NCBI RefSeq assembly: GCF_018977255.1
Contig: NW_024704743.1
Span: 6,512,001 to 6,576,000 of the forward strand
Direction: 5' to 3'
DNA: 64,000 nt
Source of the DNA: Callorhinchus milii
Taxonomy: Eukaryota
Positions within the stretch are counted from its first letter, which is position 1. Each line of letters opens with the position of its first letter. The notes beneath the pieces were generated by a model that saw only the letters and a list, made by a program, of their open reading frames with translations, was not told the DNA's origin and did not search any database. This document shows, piece by piece, positions 13,055 to 26,279 of the stretch. Position numbers and translations under genes: made by a program.

Positions 13055-14050
13055 CTGTGTGTGTGCGGTGTGTGTGTGGTTTTGGAGGGCTCCCGGTCAG
13101 TGAGGGATGGCGGTGAGAGGGAGCAGCGGTCCGGCTCCTGTGTGCAGTCGCCTCCCCATCGCACAGACCTGTCAGTCAGAGACTGATGTGAACCCACACG
13201 CACCGCACCGGCGCTCTGCCTCTCAGTCACCCCCCGGACCCCGGAACCTGGATACGCAGCGCCGCTCATGTTTCGCAGCTGCGCCGCCGAGTCTGCGAAC
13301 ATAGTCTGAGTGCGTTACACAAGTTCCCGGGACGGGCGTCCGTCAGCACCAGAGCTGTGCCTGTTCCCCTGACACAGGAGTCCTGTTCTCTCTCTCCCTC
13401 TCTCTCTCCCTCTCTCTCAATCCTGACAACAACAACACAACCACAAAAAGCCACCGTTTGCTAAAGTTTTTTATTTAGTGGCACGTTATGATTTCCCCCC
13501 CCACTCCCCCCCACACTCCACCCCTTCAATTGCTGAATGGTGAAAGTTCTGCCCCACTTATTCAGATTTTCAGTAATTCTGCATGTTTTCTGCTCGTAAC
13601 ATCAGACGTATTTTTTTTGCTTTGCTTTTTTTTAAAGAAAAAAGGTACATTTTTGCTTTGCTCCTCAACCGCTCGCAGACATCAATCACCACCAATGGAC
13701 GTGTGGGTGTCTCTGCGTTCACAGAGGGGGTGCGTTGGGGTGGGGGTGGGGGGTGGGGGGTTGCATTGGGACTTGCAATTATTTGTGCAATTCTTATCTT
13801 ACCCGTTGGTCAATTTCTGGTCCGTTTTCCGTTCCCCAGAGATAAATTGGGATTTTCCCACGTTTTTGCACTTGGATTACGTTCACGATTCGAAATCCTC
13901 GGCGCGTTTTTGCACGTTCTCAGAGCTAATTATAATCAGCAGCGATCGAAAAGCGATTGCAAACCACTGTGCCCTTTACCAATTCTTGTTTGGGAAACGT
14001 TCAGCCGAGAAATGCACACAGCAAACCCCCGAAAATGTTTGATTAGCGAA
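13055..14050 (-). promoter_or_regulatory. CpG-rich region, candidate MKX promoter / non-coding first exon
   Basis: CpG and GC content is much higher than the AT-rich background. Minus-strand donor CAG|gtaaaa at 13055/13054, about 3.6 kb upstream of the MKX ATG. A second candidate donor CAG|gtaaga is at 11098/11097. Confidence 0.45.
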
Positions 14051-15142
14051 AGAAAAAAACACAACACACATCCTCTGAGCTCATAAATTGCAACGAATGG
14101 TGAAGAAAGACTATGGTGGGGAGGGGGTGGGGAGGGGGTGAGGGGGGGAAGGAAAACAGTCAAATAATTCAATCACCACTTTTAGGAGCTTCGATGTGAG
14201 ATGCAACGTGTTCCCCAAATAGAATAACTGTCATTTGGAAGGAGAATAAAATAAAATGTGTTGTTTTAAAAGTACAATTTGGGACATATATGTATATATA
14301 TACATATATATATATGTTTGAAATCAATCGCTACAGTGGATGTTCGACCTGCGCCAGACAGACCTCTCCTGTTTCTGGCAAATATTCCTTTGATTTGTTT
14401 CCATTTGCAAAATAACTAACGGGTTTTAATCAGTTCAAGAGTTGGGGCCGACTTGCACAGATCCTTATGTCAAGCGAGCACTTTATTTAGTGAAAAAGCT
14501 ACGAGGGGTTGTGGTGGAAACACACTCCAGATGTAATTATAATTGCGAGGTGGGGTGTTGTATAAAACAGCCCTGTGTCACACACACACACACACACACA
14601 CACAGTTCGTTCGCTTTGTTGCTCCGCATCCAGATTTGTAATTAGTCTCCCAGTATCTTATACACCAGACATCAGAAAATAGTGGGTCAAAAGGAAGGAT
14701 AATAGTTGACTAAACCACGAATTAGAAGATCAATCTGTTGCGTCGGTTCCTTTGCTGAGGCTGTTAAATGCACTGACTGTAAACCAGAGGGATTGAGCCA
14801 ACTCGTCAACTCCTTTTGGGGACGAACGCAGCTTTTAGGCATTTTCCATATAAAAAAAAGGTTCATCTGAACTGTACGGTGTGAACCAGAATAGACAGTA
14901 GAGTCGATCTGAGGGGAAAGCACCAGGGCTGAGTGTCAATGTCAGGTGAGATGCTTCTTTTATGCGATGAATTTCGGCTGATGATAGCCAGAGACACAGT
15001 GTGGAAATGATTGATCTGTCGGGAGATTATCAGATGTGCGGATTACTGCACTCGTTTGAGAATTAGGGAAATAAATATTCATATTTCTGCGTTTGTAACA
15101 TGAAAAAAAAACACGGTATCTCTGGAAGGACAATTAGAGGAA

Positions 15143-15548
15143 TAAATAATCCTTGCATTTGCTTGGAGTGCCTTATCGCGGCGTTGAGACGTCTCAAAGC
15201 GCTTCACAGGATATATTGTAAAGTGAATTGGCTGTGTATTTTGGGGGCGAAACGTGGCAGCCAATGGCGCCCAGCAGCGTCCCGCAAACAGGCCTGGATT
15301 GAGATATCATTGGGGTTTTTTTTGAAGGGGTTATTATTATTCCCTGTTGGGATGGAGGGATCTGGAACTCCCAAGTTAACTCATAATTGTAAAGTTTGCT
15401 CCGATCACTAAAGAAGTTCGGAGCTTTCTCTAAATAAATGGCATCCAGACACCAGGAATTGCCAGCTCCAGGTCTGAGGAAGTCAGCCCTGACACCCCTT
15501 GAAATCCAACTTGTTCTCAGTCAAGTGTGAGGCCATACTGGGAACTGA

Positions 15549-15579
<31 letters not shown>

Positions 15580-15890
15580 CCCTACATTTGGTGTGGAGCC
15601 TTTCACATCAGGACGACGCCTGAAAGCGCTTCACAGGATTTACTGCAAAGTGTAACGACTGTGTATTTTGTAGGCGAATATGAAGTTTATCAAAATTCTC
15701 CCCCCCCCCCCCGACCCCACCCCACCCACCCCCCAAAAAAATTGCAGATTAACTACTTCAATTCTTTCGCCAATAAAATAAAGTCAATTCACTTTACAGT
15801 ACATTGCTGTGAAGCGCTTTGAGACGTCTTGAAGATGCGATCAGGCGCTGTATCAAATGCCAGGATTATTATTATCATTATTATTACCAT
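15143..15890. mobile_element. Three SINE-tail fragments: about 15143-15342 (-), 15550-15680 (-), 15767-15887 (+)
   Basis: Family tail motifs aagcgcttcacagg and atcaaatgc.aggattattatt. Confidence 0.75.
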
Positions 15891-17560
15891 TGTAGTATCA
15901 GAGTGTGTGTGTGACAGTGCCTACAAAGTGTAACTCAGTAGAGATTAATCACGATTATGTCAGGAAAGCCACAACATGGTATGTAAATGAATGGAAAATG
16001 AATGCCTCCACTGTCTCCCTCCCCACCAACTCCCATCCACACACACACACACACACACGTTGCAGGTGATAGGAAACACTCCAAATATTATTTCAAAAGC
16101 TACACATTATTTCAGTTGACTCCAAGTTTGCAACATCAAAAGATCTCCTGCTCTCTCCTGTGAAGTGACTGCATTGCACACCTTATCGCCCCTGAGGCTC
16201 ACAGGAGAGATTGGGCATCAATTATTATTCTACATCACCCGCTTATTATAAACATTTAGGAAAAAATACTTTATACATATATATATATATATATCTGTTT
16301 GCACTGCTAAAAAGTATGGATCAGTCGCAATTTTTATCTGCATTGACCTTTGTAGGAATACGATGCTTTCAGGACAGTGTCTCGAATTAGGTGATTATTT
16401 TAAAGGTTATTTTATTGTATTGTATTGTATTTTAATTTATTCGGTGGTGGTGGTGTTTTTTTTGTTTCGGGCAAAAACCTTTTTGCACATTTGTTTCATT
16501 GATTGATTGATTGATTTTTTGTTTTTGGTCGCGAAATAATTTTTTTGGGGGTGAGTGGAGTTTGCACTTTTCCCTTTAAATTCCCCCAAATTCCACGTTG
16601 TGTTTTTTTTTAACATTGGCCGAATTTTTTCTTCTTCTCTCTCTCTCTCTCTCTCTCCTCTTTGCAAATTCTTCGCAAAGAATTTCAGGACAATTCTTTG
16701 CAAAGAGTTGAAGGATAAACGAATGGTTCGTTTCGGTGTCAACCACTGGGGATCAGAGGGAATCATCTCTGGTAAAGGCTTTTAATGAGTTCAACCGTTT
16801 ATCCTGATGTTCAGAGACCCCCCACACCCCCCCCCCCCCGCCACACCCCTCACCAACACTCCGCTATTTTGCTCTGTTCGTTATTTTACGAATCGCAAAC
16901 GTGAACGGTTTTCTTTCAGAGTTTCAGCCACAATCTCCTTCCAGAGGTGTCAAGTGAGAGCGATCGGTTGGGGGGTGGGGGTTTGGGGGTGGGGGTGGGG
17001 GTGTGGGGGGGGTTTGGGGTTGGGGGGTTAGGGTTGGGGGGTTGGGGTGGGGACGGGTTGGGGGGTTGGGGTGGGAGGGGAAGCCATTAGTTGGAACGAT
17101 TTGGGGGGGGGTAAGTTTGGGTAAAGATTCGTGGGAGGAATACCCCCCACACCCCCAACCCCCCCCCCTCCCCAATCTGTTTCACTTTCAGACCCCCTTT
17201 TCTTTTTGTTGTTGTTTTGCCTGCAACATGGGACGATTCCTGCCCCCAAATAGCCCACCAGCCCCCACCCCCTCCTCCACACCCCCCACCCACACCCCCC
17301 CCAAAGCCCCCCCCCCCCCCCACCATCAGACAGATCAGAAACCGTTCAGATTTATTGCAGATCCTGAAAATGAGACAAATTCACATCGTCGCAGCTTTTT
17401 AAAAGGGAAATGGATTGAAACTCAACTGCAAAGGCAACGCATTAACACCCAAACCCTCCCCTCCAACCCCCCCACCACACAATTCCCCCCACCACCACCA
17501 CACGATCCCCCCCCCACCCCATCCCCTTTTACACAACATTCAATACACCCCACTTTGCCC

Positions 17561-17603
<43 letters not shown>

Positions 17604-18704
17604 TCCTGAGTTGGATGTCCTGATTCCCACACATCTGGACTGAGTTCAGCTAATAAACATCACAGTTTAGTGATTTGGGTTATATAACTGTTAGATAGAT
17701 TTATTCTACGAAAAGTTACCTGGAGTGGCTTATAATCCGGAAAACGAGAGCTCCTGACACGGTAACCTGGTATTCATTTATACACACTGGAGAAGTTTTA
17801 TGTTTTGCAGATCGAGCGCTTTATCGACGTGCAATGGATGGCCTTTCCTCAAAGCGCCGGGTTAAAGAGAAGAAAACACGTGTAATGAGATCCATTACAG
17901 CATTTAGATGTGAATTATTAGATAGAGTTATCGGAACTGGACTTTCTACTTTATTGCCCACATTCTGTTTTCATGCAACAACAACAAAAAAAAATACCCT
18001 CGCCATCTCCTGTTTTTGATTATGGCAAGCATGTATCTGACATTTTGACAAAATAATGACTATCAGTTTGGTAAACTATAGTGTTGTAATATTGTGGGGA
18101 AAACTGCAGGTTCCAACTAATATAAGAGTCCTATTGTTTCTGTCCCAGAGCCCATGCGTAGGAGATGTATCGTGTTACAATTGTTTATAATGAGAACATG
18201 CCCTGGGAGTGCTTCCTGACTGTTAAGCAAAAGGCAGACGGGAAAATCCACTTAAAACGCTTGAAGTACTGACAGACGCAGCCTGTGGTTCTTATAACCT
18301 AACCTAAAGGATCCATTTAAGATCAGATTTGTGTGACGGTTAAAACTCAAGATGCTGCATTTCAAGGCGATGTTTCTTTACTCCCGTAAAAAGACTGAAT
18401 GCTTCCCAGCGACTTTTTTTTCCACACACACGATAGCTCTCATAGCTCAAGAGTTCATTTTATATTTGCTGATGAATTTAACAGTGGAATTTGTACAGTA
18501 CATGGAAACACATCCCTACCCGGTTTCTATTATACAGGGTGACCAAAAAGTAGTGATACCATTTATTTTAATAATAATCACTAATAATTATCACAATTTT
18601 TTAAGACTTATTAGACATAGTAATGATATCATGACTTTTTTGTCACCCAATACATGATTGTGGCCTTTTACTATTTCTGATCATGCAATTTTATGATGCC
18701 TTGA

Positions 18705-18922
18705 CAAGTTTTCGGCCACTACGTCCGGAAACTCTGGAACACTCTTCCTCTATCCCCCCACCTCACCCCTCCTTTCCCATCTTCAGGTTGCGCCTGAAGA
18801 CCTTCCTCTTCGACCGTGCCTATGGTCACCTCCCCCAGCTGAGTGTCATACTCCGCCACTGTCAAGCGCTCCTGGACGCTATAGAGTGTGAAGGGCGCTG
18901 TATAAATACAAGTTGTTGTTGT
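18705..18922 (+). mobile_element. L2 3' end
   Basis: ctctggaac...ctgaagaccttcctcttcgaccgtgcc...gcgctgtataaatacaagttgttgttg. Confidence 0.75.
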
Positions 18923-19632
18923 AAATATTAATAATAATAATCTTTGCATTTGATACACTGCCTTATCACTTCATCGAGATGTCTCAAAAAAAGCTTCACA
19001 GGGAATAGTGTAAAGTGGAATAATGTATTTGTGGGTGGTTTAACTGAAGGAAAATAGACAGCAGGAAAATGCACTGGAATAGGTTACAAAATAATAGTCA
19101 ATGATGTGCGTGATATAATATGCGTGATATATTAGCGATGCATTTCTCCTGAAGTGTCCATAATGCCATTTTATTTTTCTGGTACCTCATAGCATCATAA
19201 ACATTATGTTATGTTAAACGTTCGTCAATTTTACAGCCATGATACAGCAGGGTGAAATATGTTCAAAATCATTAACTGACTTAAAATAAAGGGTACTTGC
19301 GTAGTTTTGCAAATCTTGTGAATTTCCTAAGATGCAGTACCTCTGTTAATGCACTAGGCTGAACTTCAATCCAAATTAATCTTGATTTGTTTTAAATAAG
19401 CACTTCATTCAGTTTGACTATTACATAGGTTCCTGAAAAACTAAATCCCAATAATGGTTTTGACCAGAAATATGTGTATCAGGATTGTTATGTACTAATG
19501 AGAAATTACATTTGTATAGTGCCTTTCATGTCAGGAGGACAGTGCTGGTGCTGGACGGTCAAGGATTTGTACCGGAGCTTGGGATTGGGATCAGGTGAGG
19601 TGACTGTTTTTAACAAATACTGTTATATAAGA

Positions 19633-20075
19633 ATATAATCCTTACATTTGAAATAACACCTTATCACATCATTGAGGCGTCTCTAAATGCTTCACAGGAA
19701 TTACTGTAAAGTGTTGTGACTATATATTAGTAGGTGAACATGGCAGGCACATTTCACCCTGGAATGATCCACAAACAGCAATGAAGTGAATGATGATTTA
19801 TCTGGAGGATTGTAGGTCAGGGAGAAACTGAGAGAAACTCAATTCTCATTTTAAGTAATGCCATAGAAACTTTAGCATTCACCTGAACAGGCAGGTGGGA
19901 CCTCAATTTAACATCTTATCCAAAGGATGGCACTCTTATCCAAAGGATGGCAATGCTCTCCAATACTGCACTGAAGTGTCAGCCTAGACTTATGTGAATA
20001 CAAAGTCCAGATGTGGGGCTTGAACCCACAACCTTCTGACTCGGAGGCAATAGAGTGCTACTACTGAGCCAGTCT
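19633..20075 (-). mobile_element. Older tRNA-headed SINE with Deu-domain-like core
   Basis: Minus strand: ggctcagtagtagcactct...gaaggttgtgggttcaagcccca...tctaggctgacacttcagtgcagta...ggataagatgttaaattgaggtccc...ctgttcaggtgaa. Resembles the DeuSINE core from memory. Confidence 0.72.
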
Positions 20076-20539
20076 GAAACCAACTGCAGCTGCCAAATCT
20101 TTGAGGCTTAATAAAGACAAGCAATGTAATAAATACTGCTACAATTATAGGGGAAATTTGTTCATGGTAATCATTAAGAAAGAAATCAGGCAGTAACAAT
20201 AATAAACTGAAATGGTTTATAGAGCAGTCTTGTGCAGTTCGAAGCTTTGAAGAAAACAATCACAAAACGACTATCAGTGCTTCTAAGCCAAATGTGCTCA
20301 TACAGCAGGAAAATGCACTGGAAAAGGTTGCAAAACAGTTTTTTTTATATAGATACATAACCTATACAGTTCAGAAACAGGTCATTTGGTCCACCCAGTA
20401 TTGCTGGTGTTTATACGCCATACAAATGCTTATTCTAGATTCTATTCCTAGTCCCATGTCCCATGTTATAATATTAGTATGTATATATTCATTGTAAATT
20501 ACAATATTATATATAAATATAATCTAAGATATCCCATAT

Positions 20540-20750
20540 AACAACAACAATTTGCATTTATATAGTGCCTTCTACGCAGGGTAGTGTCTGTGGGGATGAG
20601 TTGGGCGTAAGCACGGTCAAAGAGGAAGGTTTTCATGCAGGACATGAAAAAGGGGAATGCGAAATGTGAATGTGAAATATGAAAAAGGGCGCAATGTGGC
20701 AGGATTGAGGAAAAGTGTTCCAGAGTTTCGGGATGTAGTGGCTGAAAGCA
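20540..20750 (-). mobile_element. L2 3' end
   Basis: Reverse complement has KTFLFDRAY and a tataaatgcaaattgttgttg tail. Confidence 0.7.
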
Positions 20751-21157
20751 CATTCATATAATTAATATTTATATCCACTGATAACCTTTTTGTGATTGTT
20801 CCACCCTCTGGAACTCCATCCCTCCGCCTTGCCCCCTCCCTTGCCTCCTTCAAGACCTGTCGCAAGACTCTCCTCTGTGATTGAGCCAACATTGGAAATA
20901 GAACAATTGTTTAATCTCTGAAATTATTAATGCAGTGCTCAACATCTGTTTGAACTAATAGAAAACGTCAGTAATGTGAATTCCTACAGCACCCATTAAT
21001 CATAAATAAGCTTAGTGCTAGTATATAATTTCTGAATTGAAAACAGAATCTTGCTGTGCAGATCAGTGGTTAGACACAAGTTCTTGCTTACATTAAACAA
21101 GGAACAAAGGAATAGGTCATTCAGCTCATTGAGTCTGCTTCAGTATTATGTCTATTG

Positions 21158-21470
21158 AATCCTGTAGAGTATTGGTTAGAGCTCTCGCCTCACAGGCAAG
21201 AGGACCCAGATTTGATTCCTAGGCAGGGCGAAACCTTAGGCAAGTTTCCTCACCAAGCAGTCAGTAAGAACTCGATGGTTAGTCGATTGGCGGATCACCT
21301 TTTTCTGGGGTTAATAATCTCTCAAAAAAATAATAATTTGGTCACTTAATCCACGACTGTTTGTTGGACAGTGCTGTGTGCAATTGGCTGTCACGTTAAT
21401 TCACTTTACAGTATATTCTGTGAAGTGCTTTGAGACGTCTCAATGACGTGATCAAATGCAAGGATTATTG
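21158..21470 (+). mobile_element. Diverged tRNA-derived SINE
   Basis: Recognisable head, body and tail with internal deletions. Confidence 0.78.
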
Positions 21471-22749
21471 TCGGCTCTTTTTAATTCCATTTCTCCACTT
21501 TTATTTTTCCATTTACCCCAATACTTACAAAGAATTTGAGTATCTTGCTCCTGAGTGCTTCAATTAACTCTGCATTCAATGTCTTCTGAAGCAATGCATT
21601 CCATATTCTTACAAGTCATTATGTAAAGAATTTTTAAAAATTGCTCCAGTTCCTCAACAAGAGTGTAGTGTTGGCTCATGTGGTAATTTGCTAATTCCAA
21701 TTAAGTTGCACGCAGTCACACACAGCAAGAGGCTATATCCTTCACTACAGGGCACAAAGGAAAATTTGGATGTTTGGGTACCTCTAGCGTTTAAGTGCTC
21801 TGGGACTCTACATTGCATGAGGGGGTGCTATATATAATGCAAGTTGTTAGTTGAAGAGTGGATTTCTAGTAGAGATCTTAGAGCAGGTTGCCAACTCATT
21901 ATCTTGGCAACGAAATGACATGTGAAGGAGAGATTGAAACAAATATCAATGACAATTGTACATTTTTGGGGTCAGTTGTTTGTCTGAAAAATACAGAAAC
22001 CCAACACCATGATTAGGAGTATTCAAACCAGACAGAGTTCAACATATGTATGTCACCTATGCATGGACATTTTCATTTGCCTGGAAATAGAGTGCACATT
22101 TTCTCCCCAGAGGGACTCACCCTGCTTACCTTATTTTGGAAAGTATTTTGGCAAGAACCAAGGCTTTGTGTGGATTACTGCTGGAGTTGAACCAACTAAA
22201 ACCACATAGCTTGCCATTGCAAGCACTGTCTGGCAAGCTTTTTGTGGCTTGTCAGGATAGGACCACCCTACCAATTAGGCCTTTATTTTGTAGGTTAACA
22301 GGAGTTGAGTGGGAAGAATCCATGCCCCGAGTGACTGGTCTGATTAGCTGATCTATCATTAACAGTATATAACAGTTGGAGTGCTGTAGACTTGCCTGGC
22401 TCAGGAACCAATTGATGAAGCTAGGAGAATATAACTGCCATTTTGTTAAGTTTTAAAAAAAAAAGTATTTACGTCTGTTATTCTCAATTTGTATTTAACT
22501 GTAAAGCAAAGCTAAAGAGCATGATGACATTGAAGTAAGTTTTGGTAATTAGTTTTACTGAAACAAAACAGATAACAAAATACAATAATATACAATTGAC
22601 ATTTCGTGACTTTTAAATCGGGAAGACATACCAAAGTTCTTGACAGTTATGGCTGGAAACCCAGAGTTAATATTCTGAAAAGATCTTTGTTTTGTTATCT
22701 TTGTGCTTATTCATAAATTTATTATATCACCATTTAATCTACAGTGTAG

Positions 22750-23048
22750 ACCTGGAGCTCAGTGGTTCGAGCAATCGCTTTGCAAGCGAGAGACCTGGGT
22801 TCAATTCCCAGCAGGGTGAAACTTTGGGCAAGTTTCCTTACTCCACACGCCTGATAATAAACCCTCAAAAAAAAAATTGGTCATTTCAATCCACGACTGT
22901 TTTTGGGACACTGCTGCGCGCAATTGGCTGCCTCATTTTGCCCACATATATACATTCAATTCACTTTACAGTCTTCTGTGAAGCGCTTTGAGACGTCTCG
23001 AAGACGTGAAAAGTGCTATATCAAATGCAAGGATTATTATTATTATTA
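22750..23048 (+). mobile_element. tRNA-derived SINE (short subfamily)
   Basis: agctcagtggtt...ggttcaattccc head, body, (TTA)n tail. Confidence 0.88.
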
Positions 23049-23189
23049 AGCAGTTTCACTGTGCTCGTCTTTCTTTGCTGTGATGTGATATCTTTAGAAT
23101 CCGATGTCTATATTCTGTCATTCTTGCCAGACTCCACTGGCAGCCAATTTCCAAACAGATCGACTTCAAAATCCTCTCTGTCATTTCCA

Positions 23190-23472
23190 AATCCCTTCAT
23201 GCTCTCGCACCTATCCACCTTTTCGACTTGCTCATCCCCCACTCCACCACCCGCTGACTCCACTTGTCCGGTTTCAGCCTCCTGTTTGTCCCTCGCCTCT
23301 GCTCCACCATCGGCGGCCGAGCTTTCAGTCACTACGCCCTGAAGCGCTGGAACTCTTTCCCACCATCCTTCCACCTTGCCCCCTCCCTCCCCACCATCAA
23401 ATCCCACTTAAAGACCTTCCTTTTTGATCATACTTATGGCAACATCCCCCCTCCCCCTCCTGTTGTTGTTGT
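23190..23472 (+). mobile_element. L2 3' fragment
   Basis: TIGGRAFSHYALKRWNSFP...KSHLKTFLF with a (GTT)n end. Confidence 0.75.
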
Positions 23473-23774
23473 ATTAACCCAATAGGATCACTGCCAAAAT
23501 GAAGAATATAGAATTGGTACGATTCACAATGGAGAATCTCCAGTAAGCTTGCTCATGGAGTCATTCATCCAACGCTCCATCATCTTTCTTTCATCCCTCT
23601 TCTCCTCCAAAGCCTCAGATTCTGCAACTGCTTTTATTGAGCAACATGCTGGAAAGCACACAACAGTGGCATTGTACGATTTGTGTTCCAATTTTCTGCC
23701 TCTCCCTAGAAAGTGTTACTTCTGCTGCATGGACTGCCTAAGATCAGCTTCAATTCCTCTAATGGGGAACTTTA

Positions 23775-24020
23775 ATAATATAATAATAATAATCCTTGCA
23801 ATTGATATGGCGCCTTATCACATCTTCGAGACGTCTCAACGTGCTTCACAGAATATACTGTAAAGTGAACTAACTGTATATTTTGTTGGCGAAACACGGC
23901 AACCAATTGCATACAGCAAACAGTCGTGGATTGAGTGAGCACATCTTTTTTGAAGGCATTATTACCCCCGAAAAAGCGATCCGTCAATCAGCTAACAGTG
24001 GGGCTCTTACTTACTGCTTG
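23775..24020 (-). mobile_element. SINE 3' portion
   Basis: (AAT)n ccttgcaattgatatggcgcc...caattgcatacagc is the reverse complement of the family body. Confidence 0.8.
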
Positions 24021-25184
24021 GTGACCAGGATGGTGGAAGTAGAACTGGATGGGCCTTGGTCTTCTTTCATCTAGAAATTCTTATGTTTTTATTTTCTAAA
24101 CCATTGTCGAGCATTCTGTGACACAGTATACTTGTACTGTGCCAACAGGATGCCATGCACTACCAATTGTTCTAAGCTAAGTTTAGTTAACGGGTTTATA
24201 AATACATATGTGTAACACATGCTAGAGATAAATAAATGGCCATTTACCTCACTCCCTAAAGGGGCTTCAAAGCCATATGTTAAAGACATTGTCTGGGCAT
24301 TATGATATAGGGAGAAGGATAGACAATTGAATCTTACATATCATAGAACTTACACTGTCGGTAAAGTAATTTCAGCTGATTTAGAGTTCCACATTACACA
24401 TTTGAAATTTTGCATTAAAATACATTTCTGGGAAGAAAAATGGTTTTGTATATGGATTACAAGTTGATCTTAAGCAGGAATTTTATTTTATTGAAGTTGA
24501 CCTTAAAGTTTTCAATGAGCTTTATTGTGGTTAGGAGTACCTACAGACCTCCCTAACAAGATAGTAATTGGGGTCTGGGTCTCAATTTTTCTTTGGTGTA
24601 TTATATGCATATGGATGGCATATATCCAAAATATTTGGTATATGACATGCAGATGCAGGACTGTGCCTAAGAATTTACAGAATTTTCAAGACAGGCCTCA
24701 GAAGACTAACATGTTCACATCTGTGTCACTGCCAAGAAGGTGTTTGAAATATATGTTTCTCCAAAAAAGGAGGCATTGAAAAGGGAGTACAGTAGTGCCA
24801 CAATAGTATAAATGAATTATTATAAATATTAATAATTATTCCAAATAAAACAATTAAAATATATTTCAATTAATAATCTATTTTAAATGAAAATTAATAT
24901 GGATCATAATATTGGTCTTCATATTTCTAAAAGGTACAAGACGTAGATTAACCTTCTCTGTCTATTCCTCAAGACTTACCAAACCTGTATGCAAACTTGG
25001 CATTGGGTTCGATCTTCAGTTACCCTTCCAACCCCACATCCAGTCCCTGACCAGAACTGCCTTCCTCCACTTCCACCACATTGTCCTTCTTTACCCCTAT
25101 CTTACCTCCAGCTAAAAGTTAGCAAAATCAAAACCAGTTATTTGATTCTCGCCAGAGCCTTTTTCTCTTGTCTCTGACTCCCAT

Positions 25185-25640
25185 CAACATTCAGAACTGG
25201 CTGATATGTGGTTATGAGGTCGGAGAGCTAGGGGGGAGCAAGAAAGTGGAGGGCCTTGAAGGTAAAAAGGAAGATTTAGTACTCGATTGGGGAAATGGGG
25301 AGCCAGTGAAGCTGGGCAAGAACGGGGGTGATAGGTTCCCAGAGCCTAGTGAGGGAGAGGACACAGCTGCAGAGTTCTGAATAATCTGCAGCTTGTGGAG
25401 GGAAGAGTTGAGTGAGTAGTGAGCAGTCCAGTGAGCAGGCAGTTGCAGTAGTCAAGCCAGGACGCAGTGGAAGCGTGGATCAGGGTCTCGGTTGGCTGCA
25501 GTGAGAGGCAGGGGCAGAGGCGGGCAATGTTGCAGAGGTGTGGAAAGACAGAATGGGTCACAGCACGAAAGTGGGGTTTGAAAGATAACTGCGGGGCTGG
25601 AAGCGGCAGAGCAGATCCCCTCGACTTTGGACTCAAGGAA
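25185..25640 (-). mobile_element. L2 LINE ORF2 C-terminal fragment
   Basis: Translation HLCNIARLCPCL...ETLIHA...LDYCNCLL is the L2 signature. Confidence 0.8.
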
Positions 25641-25650
25641 ATCCATTAGC

Positions 25651-26279
25651 CAGAAAATGCTTCTAATCTATTTACATCTCTCACTACCATGGTGGTATTA
25701 AAACATCTCTCTTCATCAAGATTACTAAGATCAGGTTTGACCTGGAGTAAATTACTCACTTTTCTGTTTTCTCAGCTGCATAATGTTGCACGGAATTCTT
25801 CTGTAATGGGCTCTAATAAGATAAATTGAACATTTTCTTCCTTTTTCACACAGAAAAAAATTAACAGGAATTTGAGCAAAACACTGTACTTGGCCTCCTC
25901 AGCTCCACCACCCACGAGATCTAACTTATCCAATCTAAACTCTAACGGCTGCATCCGCTCCTGCATGAAATGTTGTATGCCATTTACCCCTCATTCCCCA
26001 GTCTCCACTGGCTCCCTGCTCCCAGTGTATCTCACCCTCACCTCCAAATCCTGTCATTGCCTCACACCTCCCTACGATGTGATCTTCTCCAGCCTTATTT
26101 TTCTGCCTTACCTAAGCAAACTTGAGTCTGCCATGCCCCCATCACTTCTGCTTTTCTTCAAAACAGAAAAGTAAGTAATTTACTCCAGGTCAAACCTGAT
26201 ATTAGTAATCTTGATAAAGAAAGATTTTGTAATACCACCATGGCAGTGTCAGATGTAAATAGATTAGAGGCATTTTCTG
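25651..26279. repeat. Inverted repeat pair, 120-bp arms (25651-25770 and 26160-26279)
   Basis: Manual alignment is ungapped with about 10 mismatches in 120 nt. Confidence 0.9.

Noticed and set aside
16968..17080. Telomere-like G/T tract
   Set aside because: Only one TTAGGG within irregular G-runs; low-complexity sequence rather than an interstitial telomere.
19914..19952. Tandem 20-bp duplication tcttatccaaaggatggca
   Set aside because: Ordinary slippage duplication within an old SINE.
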